64,000 bases of DNA from an uncultured Spirochaetota bacterium (GTDB lineage Bacteria > Spirochaetota > UBA4802 > UBA5550): assembly GCA_963827275.1 (NCBI GenBank), contig CAWHAA010000005.1, positions 256,001 through 320,000 of the forward strand, given 5' to 3'. The notes under the pieces are model-generated. The model was not told where the DNA came from. It did not search any database and was given only the letters and a program-made list of their open reading frames with translations. The position numbers were made by a program, and so were the translations under genes. Positions within the stretch are counted from its first letter, which is position 1. Every line of letters begins with the position of its first letter. Positions 22,341 through 32,978 of this stretch are shown one piece after another.

Positions 22341-23301
22341 TCATTGCTGCTTTTCCACCCTGATTTCACCCAGCGCCGCGTCGTTCCATTTTTTTCCTTT
22401 ATAAACGCCGTCAATTGTGAAACGGATCCTGGCGGTGTTCTTGTAGGCACCGGCATCCTGCATTTCACGCGTCCCGTCAGCAAAATTAACCGTAGCGGTC
22501 TGGCGGCTGTCCCGTGCGTCCCAGTAGTCAACCTTCAGGCTTTTGACCCGGTTATTCAGCTCATAAAGGTCTCCTTCGGCGCCATACTGGGAAAATTTTT
22601 TGTCCACCTTTACAAAGCCGTTGATCATTCCCACTTTGATCGACACGGGTTCCGGAAACATCATTTCCACCCATGCGCCAACGCCACCATTTCCCACCTG
22701 CCAGCTTGTGCCAGGCGTCCCTGTCAAAAAGGTTCTTCGGTCCGAACGTATACCCGGCGCTGTCCGGCAGGAAGGATGAGGTCTCCACCAGGCATTTCCC
22801 TATCCCGGGAATGTATATCTCATTACCGGCCTGGGCCCTGGCATCCGTACCCTGTTTGAAGCTCCCCTCCTTGATCCAGCCCTGCATATTCAACCCGGCG
22901 CTGACATTATACCACCCGTCTTTCCTGGCGAGCACAAGCGCTTTCGATCCGGCAGGAAGTATGGATCGGACCTTGGATTCGACATCCGGCTGGTCGTAGA
23001 GCTTCGCCGAACCGGTGAATTCTATGACCTGCTTTTCACCGATATGGACGTACTGCTTCATGATCCATCCTTCGGTTATGCCATCAAGCAGCCGCACCTT
23101 CATCCAGTCGCCGTCCGCCTGCTCATCCACAACGTTCACAACCTGGCCGCGGTTCACGTCCTTGATCCATTTATATGCGCCCTTCCTGTCGGATGGCACA
23201 TCGCGCAATCCCGTGTTTATAAGGGTCACCCCTTCCTTTTTACACGCAAGACCGAAAAGGAAAAGGGCGCAGAGCATCGCTACTATCATCTTTTTGTTCA
23301 T
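22341..23301 (-). CDS. Lipoprotein with SH3b domains and a discoidin-like C-terminal domain (frameshift near 22715)
   Basis: Lipobox LAC; W.KV...EGW SH3 patterns; NLFD....W..G, INGF, NNRVK in the second frame. Confidence 0.65.
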
Positions 23302-23385
23302 TATTCTCCCTCCATTTGTAATGCTATCTGGAAACGGCAGGCCTTTATTGTTACAGCCCCCCAGGAATATACTGCGGCTCCCTTT

Positions 23386-24249
23386 TTACTGAAACTTCAG
23401 CGCGAACCGTTCAACTGCCGCGGCATACTGATCGGCCGACATCATGAACCCGGTATTGTGAGGGCCATGTATAACAACGAATTCCCCTGGGCCGCGCACG
23501 AGCCTGAAGAGCTTCTCTCCCATCTCATACGGTATGATCTCATCCTCCGGGCTATGCACAACCAGGACAGGGCACCTTACGTCTGCCAGATGGGCTGCGG
23601 TATCATAACTGCTGCCGAATAACAGGCTTCCCGGAGCGAGCCGGTAATGGAAATTCGCGACATCCGCCGCCTTCGTGAAGGTCGATTCAAGCACCAGGCC
23701 GCGCGGCGAGCGGGTCTTGCAGAGCCATGCGGCTATCGGCCCGCCCAGCGACCTGCCAATGACAATGATTGCCCCGGGATCGGTCTTCCTTGCCCGGACC
23801 AGGTATTCCCATGCCGCCTCGACATCGCGGTATGTCCCCTCCTCCGAAGGAGTGCCGCCGCTTCTCCCGTATCCACGGTAATCGAACACGAGAACATCAA
23901 GCTTCAGGGAATTATATATGCTGATGGTCTGTAGCAGGAACGATATATTGCCTCCGTTCCCATGGCAGAAGAGGACGACGCCCCTTCCCTTCGCTGCCGG
24001 CACCCACCATCCGTTCAACCGCACGCCGTCCGACGCAAAGAAAAAGACGTCCTCATACGCAAGGCCCTCATCGGAGGGGACGGCCACGATCCCGGAAGAT
24101 GGGTAGTAAAGAAAACGGTTTTTGCAACTGCATTCCGACACCAGCGCGGCCGCAAGCATAACCGCGCATGCGCAGAGGAAACTGCGCCGGGAGAAATAAT
24201 TGAATGTCCTTTTATACATCATCATCGTTCCATACCCTGCTGCGGTCAT
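23386..24249 (-). CDS. Alpha/beta hydrolase
   Basis: HGNGGN, DYRGYGRS, GRSLGG, HSPEDEII, HN. Confidence 0.9.
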   Translation of the reverse strand: MTAAGYGTMMMYKRTFNYFSRRSFLCACAVMLAAALVSECSCKNRFLYYPSSGIVAVPSDEGLAYEDVFFFASDGVRLNGWWVPAAKGRGVVLFCHGNGGNISFLLQTISIYNSLKLDVLVFDYRGYGRSGGTPSEEGTYRDVEAAWEYLVRARKTDPGAIIVIGRSLGGPIAAWLCKTRSPRGLVLESTFTKAADVANFHYRLAPGSLLFGSSYDTAAHLADVRCPVLVVHSPEDEIIPYEMGEKLFRLVRGPGEFVVIHGPHNTGFMMSADQYAAAVERFALKFQ

Positions 24250-24438
24250 ACCCCTTCGGCAGGGACAACGGCCAGCCGGAAAACACCGCCGGGGACCTGT
24301 TTCAAGTATAAATATTTCTTGCAGCGTATCAATAAATTTTTAATCATTGATAAAATTATTTTAACAGCCCGCCCGGGAAGCGTCCGGAAAACGACGCCGC
24401 GCGCATACCCGCCGCCGGGATAGAAAAGGGAGCGGACA

Positions 24439-25017
24439 ATGAACAGATGGGTGATAAAATCCAGCGAGGACATCTTCCGCAGGAGAATTTTTGCAGTAAA
24501 AGACATCGAGTGCTACCACCCGGACAAGGACGTCACCCACAGGTTTTTCACTCTTTCCACGCCTGACTGGATCAACATCGTCGCCGTGACCGAGGACAAC
24601 AGGTACATAATGGTGCGGCAACACAGGCTGGGCACGGACGAAATCACCCTCGAAACGCCCGGGGGTCTTGTCGAAGAGGGAGAGTCACCCGAGGAGACGG
24701 CGCTGCGGGAGCTGCGCGAGGAGACGGGTTACGAGGCGGGGGAGATCCACCTTCTCAAGAAACTCTCAGTAAATCCGGCGATCTTCAACAATTATATCTA
24801 CTTCTATTTTGCCCGCAACTGCAGGCGCATCCATGAACAGGACCTCGATCCGGCCGAGGACATCGAGGTCCTCACCTTTACGCGCGATGAGATCATGAGC
24901 ATGATCAATGATGGCCCGGTCAGCCATACCATCATCCTTGCGGCCTTCTATCTCTATTTTCTGTCTAAGTGGAGCGGGCTCGTCGAAAAAGGAAGCCCGC
25001 TCGGGCAGCTTATCTGA
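24439..25017 (+). CDS. NUDIX hydrolase (ADP-ribose pyrophosphatase-like)
   Basis: Nudix box GGLVEEGESPEETALRELREETG. Confidence 0.92.
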   Translation: MNRWVIKSSEDIFRRRIFAVKDIECYHPDKDVTHRFFTLSTPDWINIVAVTEDNRYIMVRQHRLGTDEITLETPGGLVEEGESPEETALRELREETGYEAGEIHLLKKLSVNPAIFNNYIYFYFARNCRRIHEQDLDPAEDIEVLTFTRDEIMSMINDGPVSHTIILAAFYLYFLSKWSGLVEKGSPLGQLI

Positions 25018-25444
25018 CCTCCGCCTGGCGGCAGCCGGCCGGCACCTGCGGGACATCGTCCGAGATGATTGACAGGCAGAGTATCTCCGAATCGTTGAGC
25101 TGTTCATAAAAAACCAGGTGTTTTCTGTTTCCCAGCTGGTAGGCGAGACAGCCCGTTTTCTCCGAAAGGAGTTGATTGATAAACCAGTCACCCTCGAATC
25201 GAGAGCCGATGAGCGCCGCCTGCGGATGAAACACCACCCTGCCGTCCGAATCAACCACGTAATAAAATCCGGTTTTGCCCACGCGCTTATTCTTAAGCGC
25301 ATTGATGGCATTTCTGTTCCCGGCGATATCCTGCCTGATTGAGGCCATCCCGGCCCGTATGCGCTCGGCGGTGACCGGGCCGGACGTTGCGCATCCCAGG
25401 AGAAACAAAAAAGGGAGTATGATATATAACAAATAATTTTTCAT
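25010..25444 (-). CDS. Cache-domain lipoprotein
   Basis: Lipobox LGC; GKTGFYYVVDSDG.VVFHP. Confidence 0.7.
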   Translation of the reverse strand: MKNYLLYIILPFLFLLGCATSGPVTAERIRAGMASIRQDIAGNRNAINALKNKRVGKTGFYYVVDSDGRVVFHPQAALIGSRFEGDWFINQLLSEKTGCLAYQLGNRKHLVFYEQLNDSEILCLSIISDDVPQVPAGCRQAEVR

Positions 25445-25636
25445 ATTACCCATCCAACGTGTATCAATATGGAAAATAGTGACGCCCGAGATCAAATGAC
25501 TACACTACAATTATAATGAGGCCTGCCGCATATAATCCTTGACGAAAAGCCTCAGCTACATTATCTACCTGATACATATTTGCAATGGACCGTCAATTCG
25601 AAAAATATTTTCCGTGACGGAGGAGCCCGGAGATTC

Positions 25637-26404
25637 ATGAACACAGCGATACCCATCCTCTCTTTTATAATCGGCACATTCTGGGGCAGCTTTTTCTACA
25701 CACTCGCCCTGAGGTACGCGGACGGCCGGGTGGGTAAAAATCCCATGCAGGCCCTCTTCTCCCGCTCCCGATGCCCGTCATGCAGCACCGCCATCAACCC
25801 GCTGTACCTGGTCCCCGTCCTGGGCTATGTCATGGCGCGGGGCAGGTGCCGTAGCTGCGGCACGGCGATATCGCCGCTGTACCCGGCCGCGGAAATCATA
25901 TATGGCGCACTGGCCGCCCTGTTCTCCTGGAAGCTGGGCGCCACGCCGTATGCGTTCAACCTGTACCTGCTTGCCGCCGTGGGGTTATGCATTGCGATCG
26001 TGGACCTGAAGGCCCTCATCGTGCCAGGCCCCCTTGTCATCGTCTTTATCGCACTGTCAATTTACCCCGTCCTGATCAATTACAACTTCAAGGACAATCT
26101 TTTCGGCATGCTGGCGCTGCTGGTTGTGTTCCTCACGATACTGCTCATATTCCCCGGGTCATTCGGCGGCGGCGATGTGAAATTCGGCGCAGCCATAGGA
26201 CTGTTCGCCGGCCTTGAGATGTCCGTAGTCATACTGGAGATATCCCTTGTGTCCGGTGCAATCATCGGGGTGATATACGCTCTCACGAAAAAAAAGAGCT
26301 TAAAAACCAAGATACCCTTTGCGCCGTTCCTTACGTTGGGATTGATCATATCGATGCTGTATGGACGGGAAATACTTCTAATGTATTACAGGATTCTTTT
26401 TTAA
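25637..26404 (+). CDS. pilD: Type 4 prepilin peptidase (A24)
   Basis: SRCPSC...GRCRSC, FGGGDVK, IPFAPFL, multiple TM helices. Confidence 0.9.
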   Translation: MNTAIPILSFIIGTFWGSFFYTLALRYADGRVGKNPMQALFSRSRCPSCSTAINPLYLVPVLGYVMARGRCRSCGTAISPLYPAAEIIYGALAALFSWKLGATPYAFNLYLLAAVGLCIAIVDLKALIVPGPLVIVFIALSIYPVLINYNFKDNLFGMLALLVVFLTILLIFPGSFGGGDVKFGAAIGLFAGLEMSVVILEISLVSGAIIGVIYALTKKKSLKTKIPFAPFLTLGLIISMLYGREILLMYYRILF

Positions 26405-26435
26405 GCGACGATGGGGAGTGATGGGCCCGGAGGCA

Positions 26436-26879
26436 TTAGAATCGAAGATATTTGGCCGGGTTGCGAGGGTACCCCCAGATGAATTTCCAGCAGATTACAC
26501 TATCAATTACCTCTTTTGAGATAATATAGTTTTTATACCGATTGTTATCGGTAATATGAAATTTATTTTGGGGACGCAAGTATTTCTCCACAGCATACGC
26601 AAGAATCAATGAAACCGACATCTTCAGTAACTTTCTCAGATCCAAAAGATACTCGTATTCATCCATCCTGACCCGCAAGTGAAACGTATGCCATGCAGAT
26701 AGCTCTGACCGGTTCTGGTATTTTACCATTTTACCAATATTTTCAGGATGTGCAATGTCATCCATTGCCTTATTGATCAGGAATAGTATCATCTCTGATC
26801 GAGATACATGATGTTTTTTCGCAGCAAAAGTGATTCTTTCAAGAATATCAGAGCGGATATTAAGCGTGGTTTCCATCAT
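26436..26879 (-). CDS. Hypothetical protein, tandem ribbon-helix-helix-like (possibly DUF1564-like)
   Basis: Two RHH-like segments (HVSRSEMI; KMSVSLILAYAV). Confidence 0.45.
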   Translation of the reverse strand: MMETTLNIRSDILERITFAAKKHHVSRSEMILFLINKAMDDIAHPENIGKMVKYQNRSELSAWHTFHLRVRMDEYEYLLDLRKLLKMSVSLILAYAVEKYLRPQNKFHITDNNRYKNYIISKEVIDSVICWKFIWGYPRNPAKYLRF

Positions 26880-26974
26880 TCATCTCCCCAAAAATATAAT
26901 CGCACACCAATGCAATAGTATACGAATGGAGATGTTTAAATGATAAATAATTTCTTTTAACTCATCAATAACGA

Positions 26975-28003
26975 CTATGATTTCAGGACTTTCCCTATCC
27001 CTTGTGATGCAGGGTTCTCAATAACTCCTTTTTCTGTTATAATTGCGGTAACATACTTTGCAGGAGTTACGTCAAAAGCAGGATTTCTGATGGATATCCC
27101 TTCCGGTGCAATCTGGACACCCATTATATAGGCGACTTCTTCAACACTGCGTTCCTCAATGACGATAGCATCACCCGTTTTCGTATTGGGATCAAGGGTC
27201 GATACCGGCGCAGCAACATAAAACGGTATGCCATTTTCTTTGGCCAGTACCGCATGGTTGTATGTTCCAATCTTGTTCGCAACATCCCCATTGGCGGCGA
27301 TTCGATCAGCTCCGACAATCACTTTCTTGATTACGCCGGTACGCATGAAATGTCCGGACATGGAATCGGTTATCAGGGTAACCGGGATGTTGTCATGGTA
27401 CAATTCCCATGCCGTAAGACGTGCTCCCTGAAGATACGGTCGCGTTTCACAGGCAAAGACATGGATATTTTTCCCCTCGTCCACAGCGGCCCGGATTACA
27501 CCCAGCGCGGTCCCGTAACCACCCGTTGCAAGCGCGCCGGCATTACAGTGAGTCATGACCACATCGCCATCCGATAAATATTTACTTCCATTTTTGCCCA
27601 TCGCCATGTTCGCATCAATATCTTCTTTATATACCGCCAGGGCTTCCTGCTCGAGTTTCTGACGGATGACAGCCCGATCGTTTTCCCGCTGAATTATTTT
27701 TTTCATACGGTCAATGGCGGCAAAAAGATTTACCGCGGTCGGCCGTGTTGCCGCAAAAACGTCACATATCCGGTTCATTTCTTCTTTGAAATTATTGATC
27801 GCGGTGATTTCGATATTCTTTGCCGCGAGAGCAATCCCCATGGCCGCCGTGATGCCGATAGCGGGAGCGCCTCTTGTTTCCATATTCCGTATAGCATCAG
27901 CGACATCGCCGAAATGCCGATAGGTATTGTATACCTCTTTCGCAGGCAGGAGACGCTGGTCAAGGATTGTAACCGAATCACCGTCCCATTTTATGGTAAA
28001 CAT
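26975..28003 (-). CDS. mtnA: S-methyl-5-thioribose-1-phosphate isomerase
   Basis: RGAPAIG, RPTAVNL, THCNAGALAT..YGTALG, ETRPYLQG, ANKIGT. Confidence 0.95.
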   Translation of the reverse strand: MFTIKWDGDSVTILDQRLLPAKEVYNTYRHFGDVADAIRNMETRGAPAIGITAAMGIALAAKNIEITAINNFKEEMNRICDVFAATRPTAVNLFAAIDRMKKIIQRENDRAVIRQKLEQEALAVYKEDIDANMAMGKNGSKYLSDGDVVMTHCNAGALATGGYGTALGVIRAAVDEGKNIHVFACETRPYLQGARLTAWELYHDNIPVTLITDSMSGHFMRTGVIKKVIVGADRIAANGDVANKIGTYNHAVLAKENGIPFYVAAPVSTLDPNTKTGDAIVIEERSVEEVAYIMGVQIAPEGISIRNPAFDVTPAKYVTAIITEKGVIENPASQGIGKVLKS

Positions 28004-28106
28004 AATATTCCTCCAGCATGATGAGGGCATTTACATTTTGCAGAACATTTCACAACGTCACATGAAGCAGAGAAGGGATCAAAACGCACCCGCATGCAAT
28101 AGTTAT

Positions 28107-29025
28107 TTACTGAATGTCATTTCTTTCGACACGGTTTTTTCTGATTCTAAGGACATTGCCCTGTTCGTTCCAACTGACCTCATCCAGATGTATTCGTATG
28201 ATAAGCAGGCCCCTGCCGCTGTTCCTGAAAAAATTCTCCGGGTCACGAGGATCAGGCAGGCTGGCATAATCAAAGCCGCGCCCCTCATCCTCTATAATAT
28301 ATTCAACATAATCGTGGTTCAATTCATATGAAATGGTAACACGCCGATTCATGTAGCGCTCATCCATCTTGCGCCGTTCAATCTCATCATTGAAGCCCTT
28401 GATCCCGTAATCTTCCCGGATGGAGGATGAAACCTCAAGGCACCCGTGATACATGGCGTTACTAATCGCCTCCTGGAGCGCAAGAGCAATATTTTCCGCC
28501 GTTGTGCTATTGCACAGCCCCGAAGGCGCAAGGTCTTTCGTCAGATGGTATGATAGTGCGTTAATGACGGTATCATCGACAGGGATTTTATAACAACCCT
28601 TCTCGTACACTACATATCGGCCAAAGCGCTCCGCTATCTTCTTTTCATGCTTTCTGTTTAATATGACGCGGACGGATGAAGCCACATCGTTGATATCGAA
28701 GGGCTTCCGTATGAAATCGCTTGCGCCGTACCGAAGAGCCCTGATTGCATCCTCGACATTGCCATGTCCGGTGATAATGAGAACAGGGATCGGCTCGTCC
28801 AGTCCATGGATTCGCCTCAGGAGCTCTATGCCGTCCATCTTGCGGAGTTTGATGTCAGTGATAATGAGGTCAACCTTTTCTCCATTCTTCAGCAGATACA
28901 GGACGTCCTCGCCCTTCTCAAGGGAGATGACCTTATATCCAAGCCGGGACAGCTTTTTCTGCAATGAGAAAGCGGATAACTTCTTCGTCATCTACGACGA
29001 GAATTTTTGCGTCGGTATTATTCAT
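28107..29025 (-). CDS. Response regulator receiver + HATPase_c (anti-sigma-like) protein; 5' frameshift
   Basis: TDIKL..MDG, TGHG, KPF; EAISNAM.HG, DEGRGFD, GRGL. Confidence 0.8.
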
Positions 29026-30240
29026 TATTTTTATTTGCTGATTTTTCGTTATTCAGGATCAGGTGCCCCATCTTATCCCGTTTGGCCCGTAAATAATGTA
29101 CATTCTGCTCCTGAGGTTCCACCTCAATTGAGACGCGCTCTATAATCTCGAGACCGTAGCCGTCGAGCCCGATGACTTTCTTGGGGTTGTTTGTCAAAAG
29201 GCGAATCTTGTGAAGACCCAGATCAACCAGGATCTGGGCGCCAATGCCGTAATCACGAAGGTCGGGCGGAAAGCCAAGCTCGATATTCGCTTCAACAGTG
29301 TCCATCCCCTTGTCCTGAAGGTGATAGGCCTTTATCTTGTTTCCCAATCCTATCCCGCGTCCTTCCTGGCGCATATATAATATTACGCCGAGACCTTCGC
29401 TGTTAATCATTTCCATTGCGCGATGTATTTGTGTGCCGCAATCACAGCGCAGCGATCCAAAAACGTCCCCCGTGAGACATTCCGAATGAACGCGCACCAG
29501 GACATTCTCTTTTCCATCAACATTTCCTTTTACCAGCGCCACATGGGTTGCCGCGCCGACTTCGGACTGGTATGCAATGATTTTGAAATCACCGAACATT
29601 GTCGGCAGGTTCGCTTCGGATACCCTTCGTACAAGTCTCTCTTTATGCTGTCGAAACTTAATGAGATCCGCGATTGTGGCTATTTTCAATCCATGCTTTT
29701 CGGCAAACTTGTCCAGATCTGGACGCCGGGCCATTGTCCCGTCATCGTTAAGGATTTCGCAAATGACGCCTGAAGGCTTCAATCCGGCAAGCCGTGTCAG
29801 GTCAACCACGCCCTCTGTATGCCCGGCACGCACCAGTACGCCGCCGTTACGTGCGGCCAGCGGGAATATATGACCGGGTTTTCTGAGATCGCCCGGCCCG
29901 GACGAATTATCGATAAGCACCCTGACCGTCCTGGCCCTGTCATGCGCGGATATGCCCGTTGTTGTTTCTTCCCGGGCATCGACGGAGACAGTAAACGCCG
30001 TTCCATATTTATCCTGATTATTCTCCACCATGAGGTCCAGTTCAAGCTCGCGTGCCCTGGCCTGGGTCATTGGCACACATATGAGGCCCCTGCCATAAGT
30101 TGCCATGAAATTAATTACTTCTGGAGTGCAATATTCGGCGGCAATGACCAGATCACCCTCGTTTTCCCGGTCCTCATTATCGACCAATATTATCATTCTG
30201 CCATTGCGCAATTCTTCTATTGCTTCTGGGATAGGACATG
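29018..30240 (-). CDS. ribBA: Bifunctional DHBP synthase / GTP cyclohydrolase II (start uncertain)
   Basis: [40 protein letters not shown]. Confidence 0.95.
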
Positions 30241-30351
30241 AATTCACCGGAGTACTCCTTTTTACAAGAAATCCAGGCAAGGGAACCTGGAGCATTAATA
30301 AAATCTACCATAATATAGTCAAGGGTTTTTAATCTGATTTCTTCCTGATTA

Positions 30352-31308
30352 TCAGTCTGGCCCTGTCGGTTCCCGGTAAGGATCAGTACCAATCAATAAA
30401 TCAAGAATTCTGTGAACCTCATCCCTCTCTATAGCCATGACCAGGTCTTTGCGGATATGCCTGGCACCATGAAAAGCATGAATATAATGAACAAAATGTT
30501 TACGCATAAGCATAATTCCACGATCGCCATGCAATTCAATCATAAGATCAAGGTGTCCTTTTATCTGGTCCACCACTTCTTCTATAGATGGTTGTTTACC
30601 TGAAAAAATCCAGGGGTTTCCGATTGCTCCACGCCCAATCATGACTGCCTGACACCCTGAAAACTCCATTTTCTCAACGGCTTCCCCGTATGAATGTATA
30701 TCTCCGTTTCCCACAATCGGGACCCGTGCCCGGGACGCTATATCACGTATGATATTCCAATCAGCGGCCCCCCCATACTGCTGGGCACGCGTTCTTCCAT
30801 GGACAAATATCATGGAAACGCCGGCATCTTCAAGAGCCCTGGTGGTGTCAGAGTAACTGAGTGAAGAATGATCCCATCCCAGCCGTATTTTTGCAGAAAC
30901 AGGAATATGGACGCGCTTTACAATACTTGACGCAATAGTATTGATCTTTTTCGGGTCCAGCAGCAACGCCGCGCCCGATCCTGACGCGCATATCCGCCGC
31001 GCCGGGCACCCCATGTTGATGTCAATCATGTCGGGTCCAAGGCTTTCCACCACAACTGCCGCTTCTGACATGATTTCAGGATTATTGCCGAATATCTGTA
31101 TCGCTATCGGCCGTTCTTCTTCATGAAAATAAGCAAGCTCCATGGTCTTCCGGTTCTTGCGCACGATCCCCTCTGCGGAGATAAGTTCCGTTACGACAAG
31201 CCCGGCACCATGACGCCGCGCAATTCTCCTGAATGGTGAATCGGCGAAACCCGCGATTGGCGCCAGCATCAACCTGCTTGCGGACCTGACATGACCGATA
31301 TCAATCAT
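30352..31308 (-). CDS. dusB: tRNA-dihydrouridine synthase
   Basis: LAPIAG, DINMGCP, VHGRT, GNGDI, MIGR. Confidence 0.92.
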   Translation of the reverse strand: MIDIGHVRSASRLMLAPIAGFADSPFRRIARRHGAGLVVTELISAEGIVRKNRKTMELAYFHEEERPIAIQIFGNNPEIMSEAAVVVESLGPDMIDINMGCPARRICASGSGAALLLDPKKINTIASSIVKRVHIPVSAKIRLGWDHSSLSYSDTTRALEDAGVSMIFVHGRTRAQQYGGAADWNIIRDIASRARVPIVGNGDIHSYGEAVEKMEFSGCQAVMIGRGAIGNPWIFSGKQPSIEEVVDQIKGHLDLMIELHGDRGIMLMRKHFVHYIHAFHGARHIRKDLVMAIERDEVHRILDLLIGTDPYREPTGPD

Positions 31309-31426
31309 AGCATGTTATCTTCCAGCTCTCTTTTACTGTTTCTTAACTATATACAATACAAATAAAATAAAAAATGGGGCATAACGCCCCATCTGTTAAA
31401 TTAAAATTTTAAATTTTACAAAACAA

Positions 31427-31627
31427 TTATTTGCATTTACCCTTACACCTGCAATGTTCCTTCACCTTTTTCCCGTCTTTTCCTTTTTTGGTGTCCACCC
31501 AGGTACAGTCCGTCCGTTCCTTGCATCTATCGATTTTCAGCTCATTGCACGGTTTCATTTTCGGCGCAGCGGAAAGGACACCGGTAACGCAAAACACCAT
31601 TGCAAGAATAACTATCTTTTTAACCAT
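31427..31627 (-). CDS. Small secreted Cys/Lys-rich protein
   Basis: RBS, signal peptide, 6 Cys in mature part; followed by hairpin ATGGGGC..GCCCCAT (~31374-31392). Confidence 0.65.
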   Translation of the reverse strand: MVKKIVILAMVFCVTGVLSAAPKMKPCNELKIDRCKERTDCTWVDTKKGKDGKKVKEHCRCKGKCK

Positions 31628-31937
31628 TGAATTCCTCCTTATAAAATAATGTGACGCGGAGTACACCCCTGCGCGTGGCTGGTTGTCCTGCTTTTCACGG
31701 GCATATTGCCGCTTGAGATTGATAGATTATTTACTGAATAAATATTGTCAACTCATTTAGAAACCGGGGTCAGAGCAAACCGGTATGGGCGCCGCAATAT
31801 TGATACCGATAACTATCGCCATATAATCAATCTCCCCCATAAAAAAACCATCAGTCCCCTCGAAAAAAACATTTCACCATCCGCCGCTCCCGTTCGTATA
31901 CCTCCAGTTCGATCATACATTCACCGGGGTATAACTC

Positions 31938-32978
31938 ATGCTGTCGAAATCCATATCGTCCGGCATCCATGGCATCGACGCGCGGATAATCGATGTTGAA
32001 GTGGACATCATCCGGGGCCTGCCCAATTTCATCATCGTGGGCCTGCCGGACTCTACCATCCGCGAATCGCGCGAACGGATCCGTTCCGCTATCGAAAATT
32101 CAGGATTGGAGTTCCCGCCGAAAAGCTTCGTGGTCAACCTGGCGCCGGCCGGGTTCAAGAAACAGGGAGCCACCTTTGATCTGCCCATTGCCCTCTCAAT
32201 CCTGTGTGCTACCGGCCAGGCGGAAGTAGATACCGCGGCAATACCGATGGTGGGCGAGCTCTCCCTTGACGGGGAGGTTAAACCTGTGCGCGGCATCATT
32301 TCCATGACCATCGCCATATACCGCGGAGGATATCGGTCCATCATCGTCCCTTATGAAAACCGTCATGAAGCGGCGGCAATCCCGGGGATCGAGGTCTTCC
32401 CGGTTAAAACAATTGCCGAAGCCCTCAAGGTCCTGAACGGCAAGGGTGAAGTTTTCAACGGCACCGCGCCTGCAGAGTCAACCCTTCCCGGACCCGATTT
32501 TTCCGACGTCAGGGGGCAGGAAACAGCGAAACGCGCGATAGAGATAGCCGCTGCCGGCCACCACAACATCCTTCTATACGGATCGCCCGGTTCGGGGAAA
32601 ACCATGCTGGCAAAAAGGATCCCCTCCATACTTCCCCCGCTCTGCAACGACCAGGCCGTAGAGACGACCATGATCCACAGCGTGAGCGGAGAACTGCAGG
32701 GCGGCGGTCTCATAACCCGCCCGCCATTCAGGTCGCCGCACCACACCTCGTCGGATGTGGCGCTGACGGGGGGCGGCACAATACCTTCCGTGGGAGAGGT
32801 CTCCCTGGCGCACAACGGCGTTCTATTCATGGATGAATTCGTCGAATTCAAGAACAACGTGATACAGGCCCTCCGCCAGCCCCTTGAAGACTACGAGATA
32901 ACGGTGGCCAGGGCCTTTGGTACGTTTCGTTTCCCGGCCGACTTCATGCTCGTCGCCGCGAGCAACCCATGCCGGTGC
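31938..32978 (+). pseudogene. comM: comM/YifB Mg-chelatase-like ATPase, 5' fragment (347 codons), interrupted
   Basis: IVGLPD, GELSLDG, GSPGSGKT, FRSPHH, SLAHNGVLF.DEF, ends ASNPCRC at the junction. Confidence 0.95.

Noticed and set aside
381..25342. Numerous long antisense/overlapping ORFs in the GC-rich region
   Set aside because: Shadow ORFs of well-supported genes, expected at high GC.
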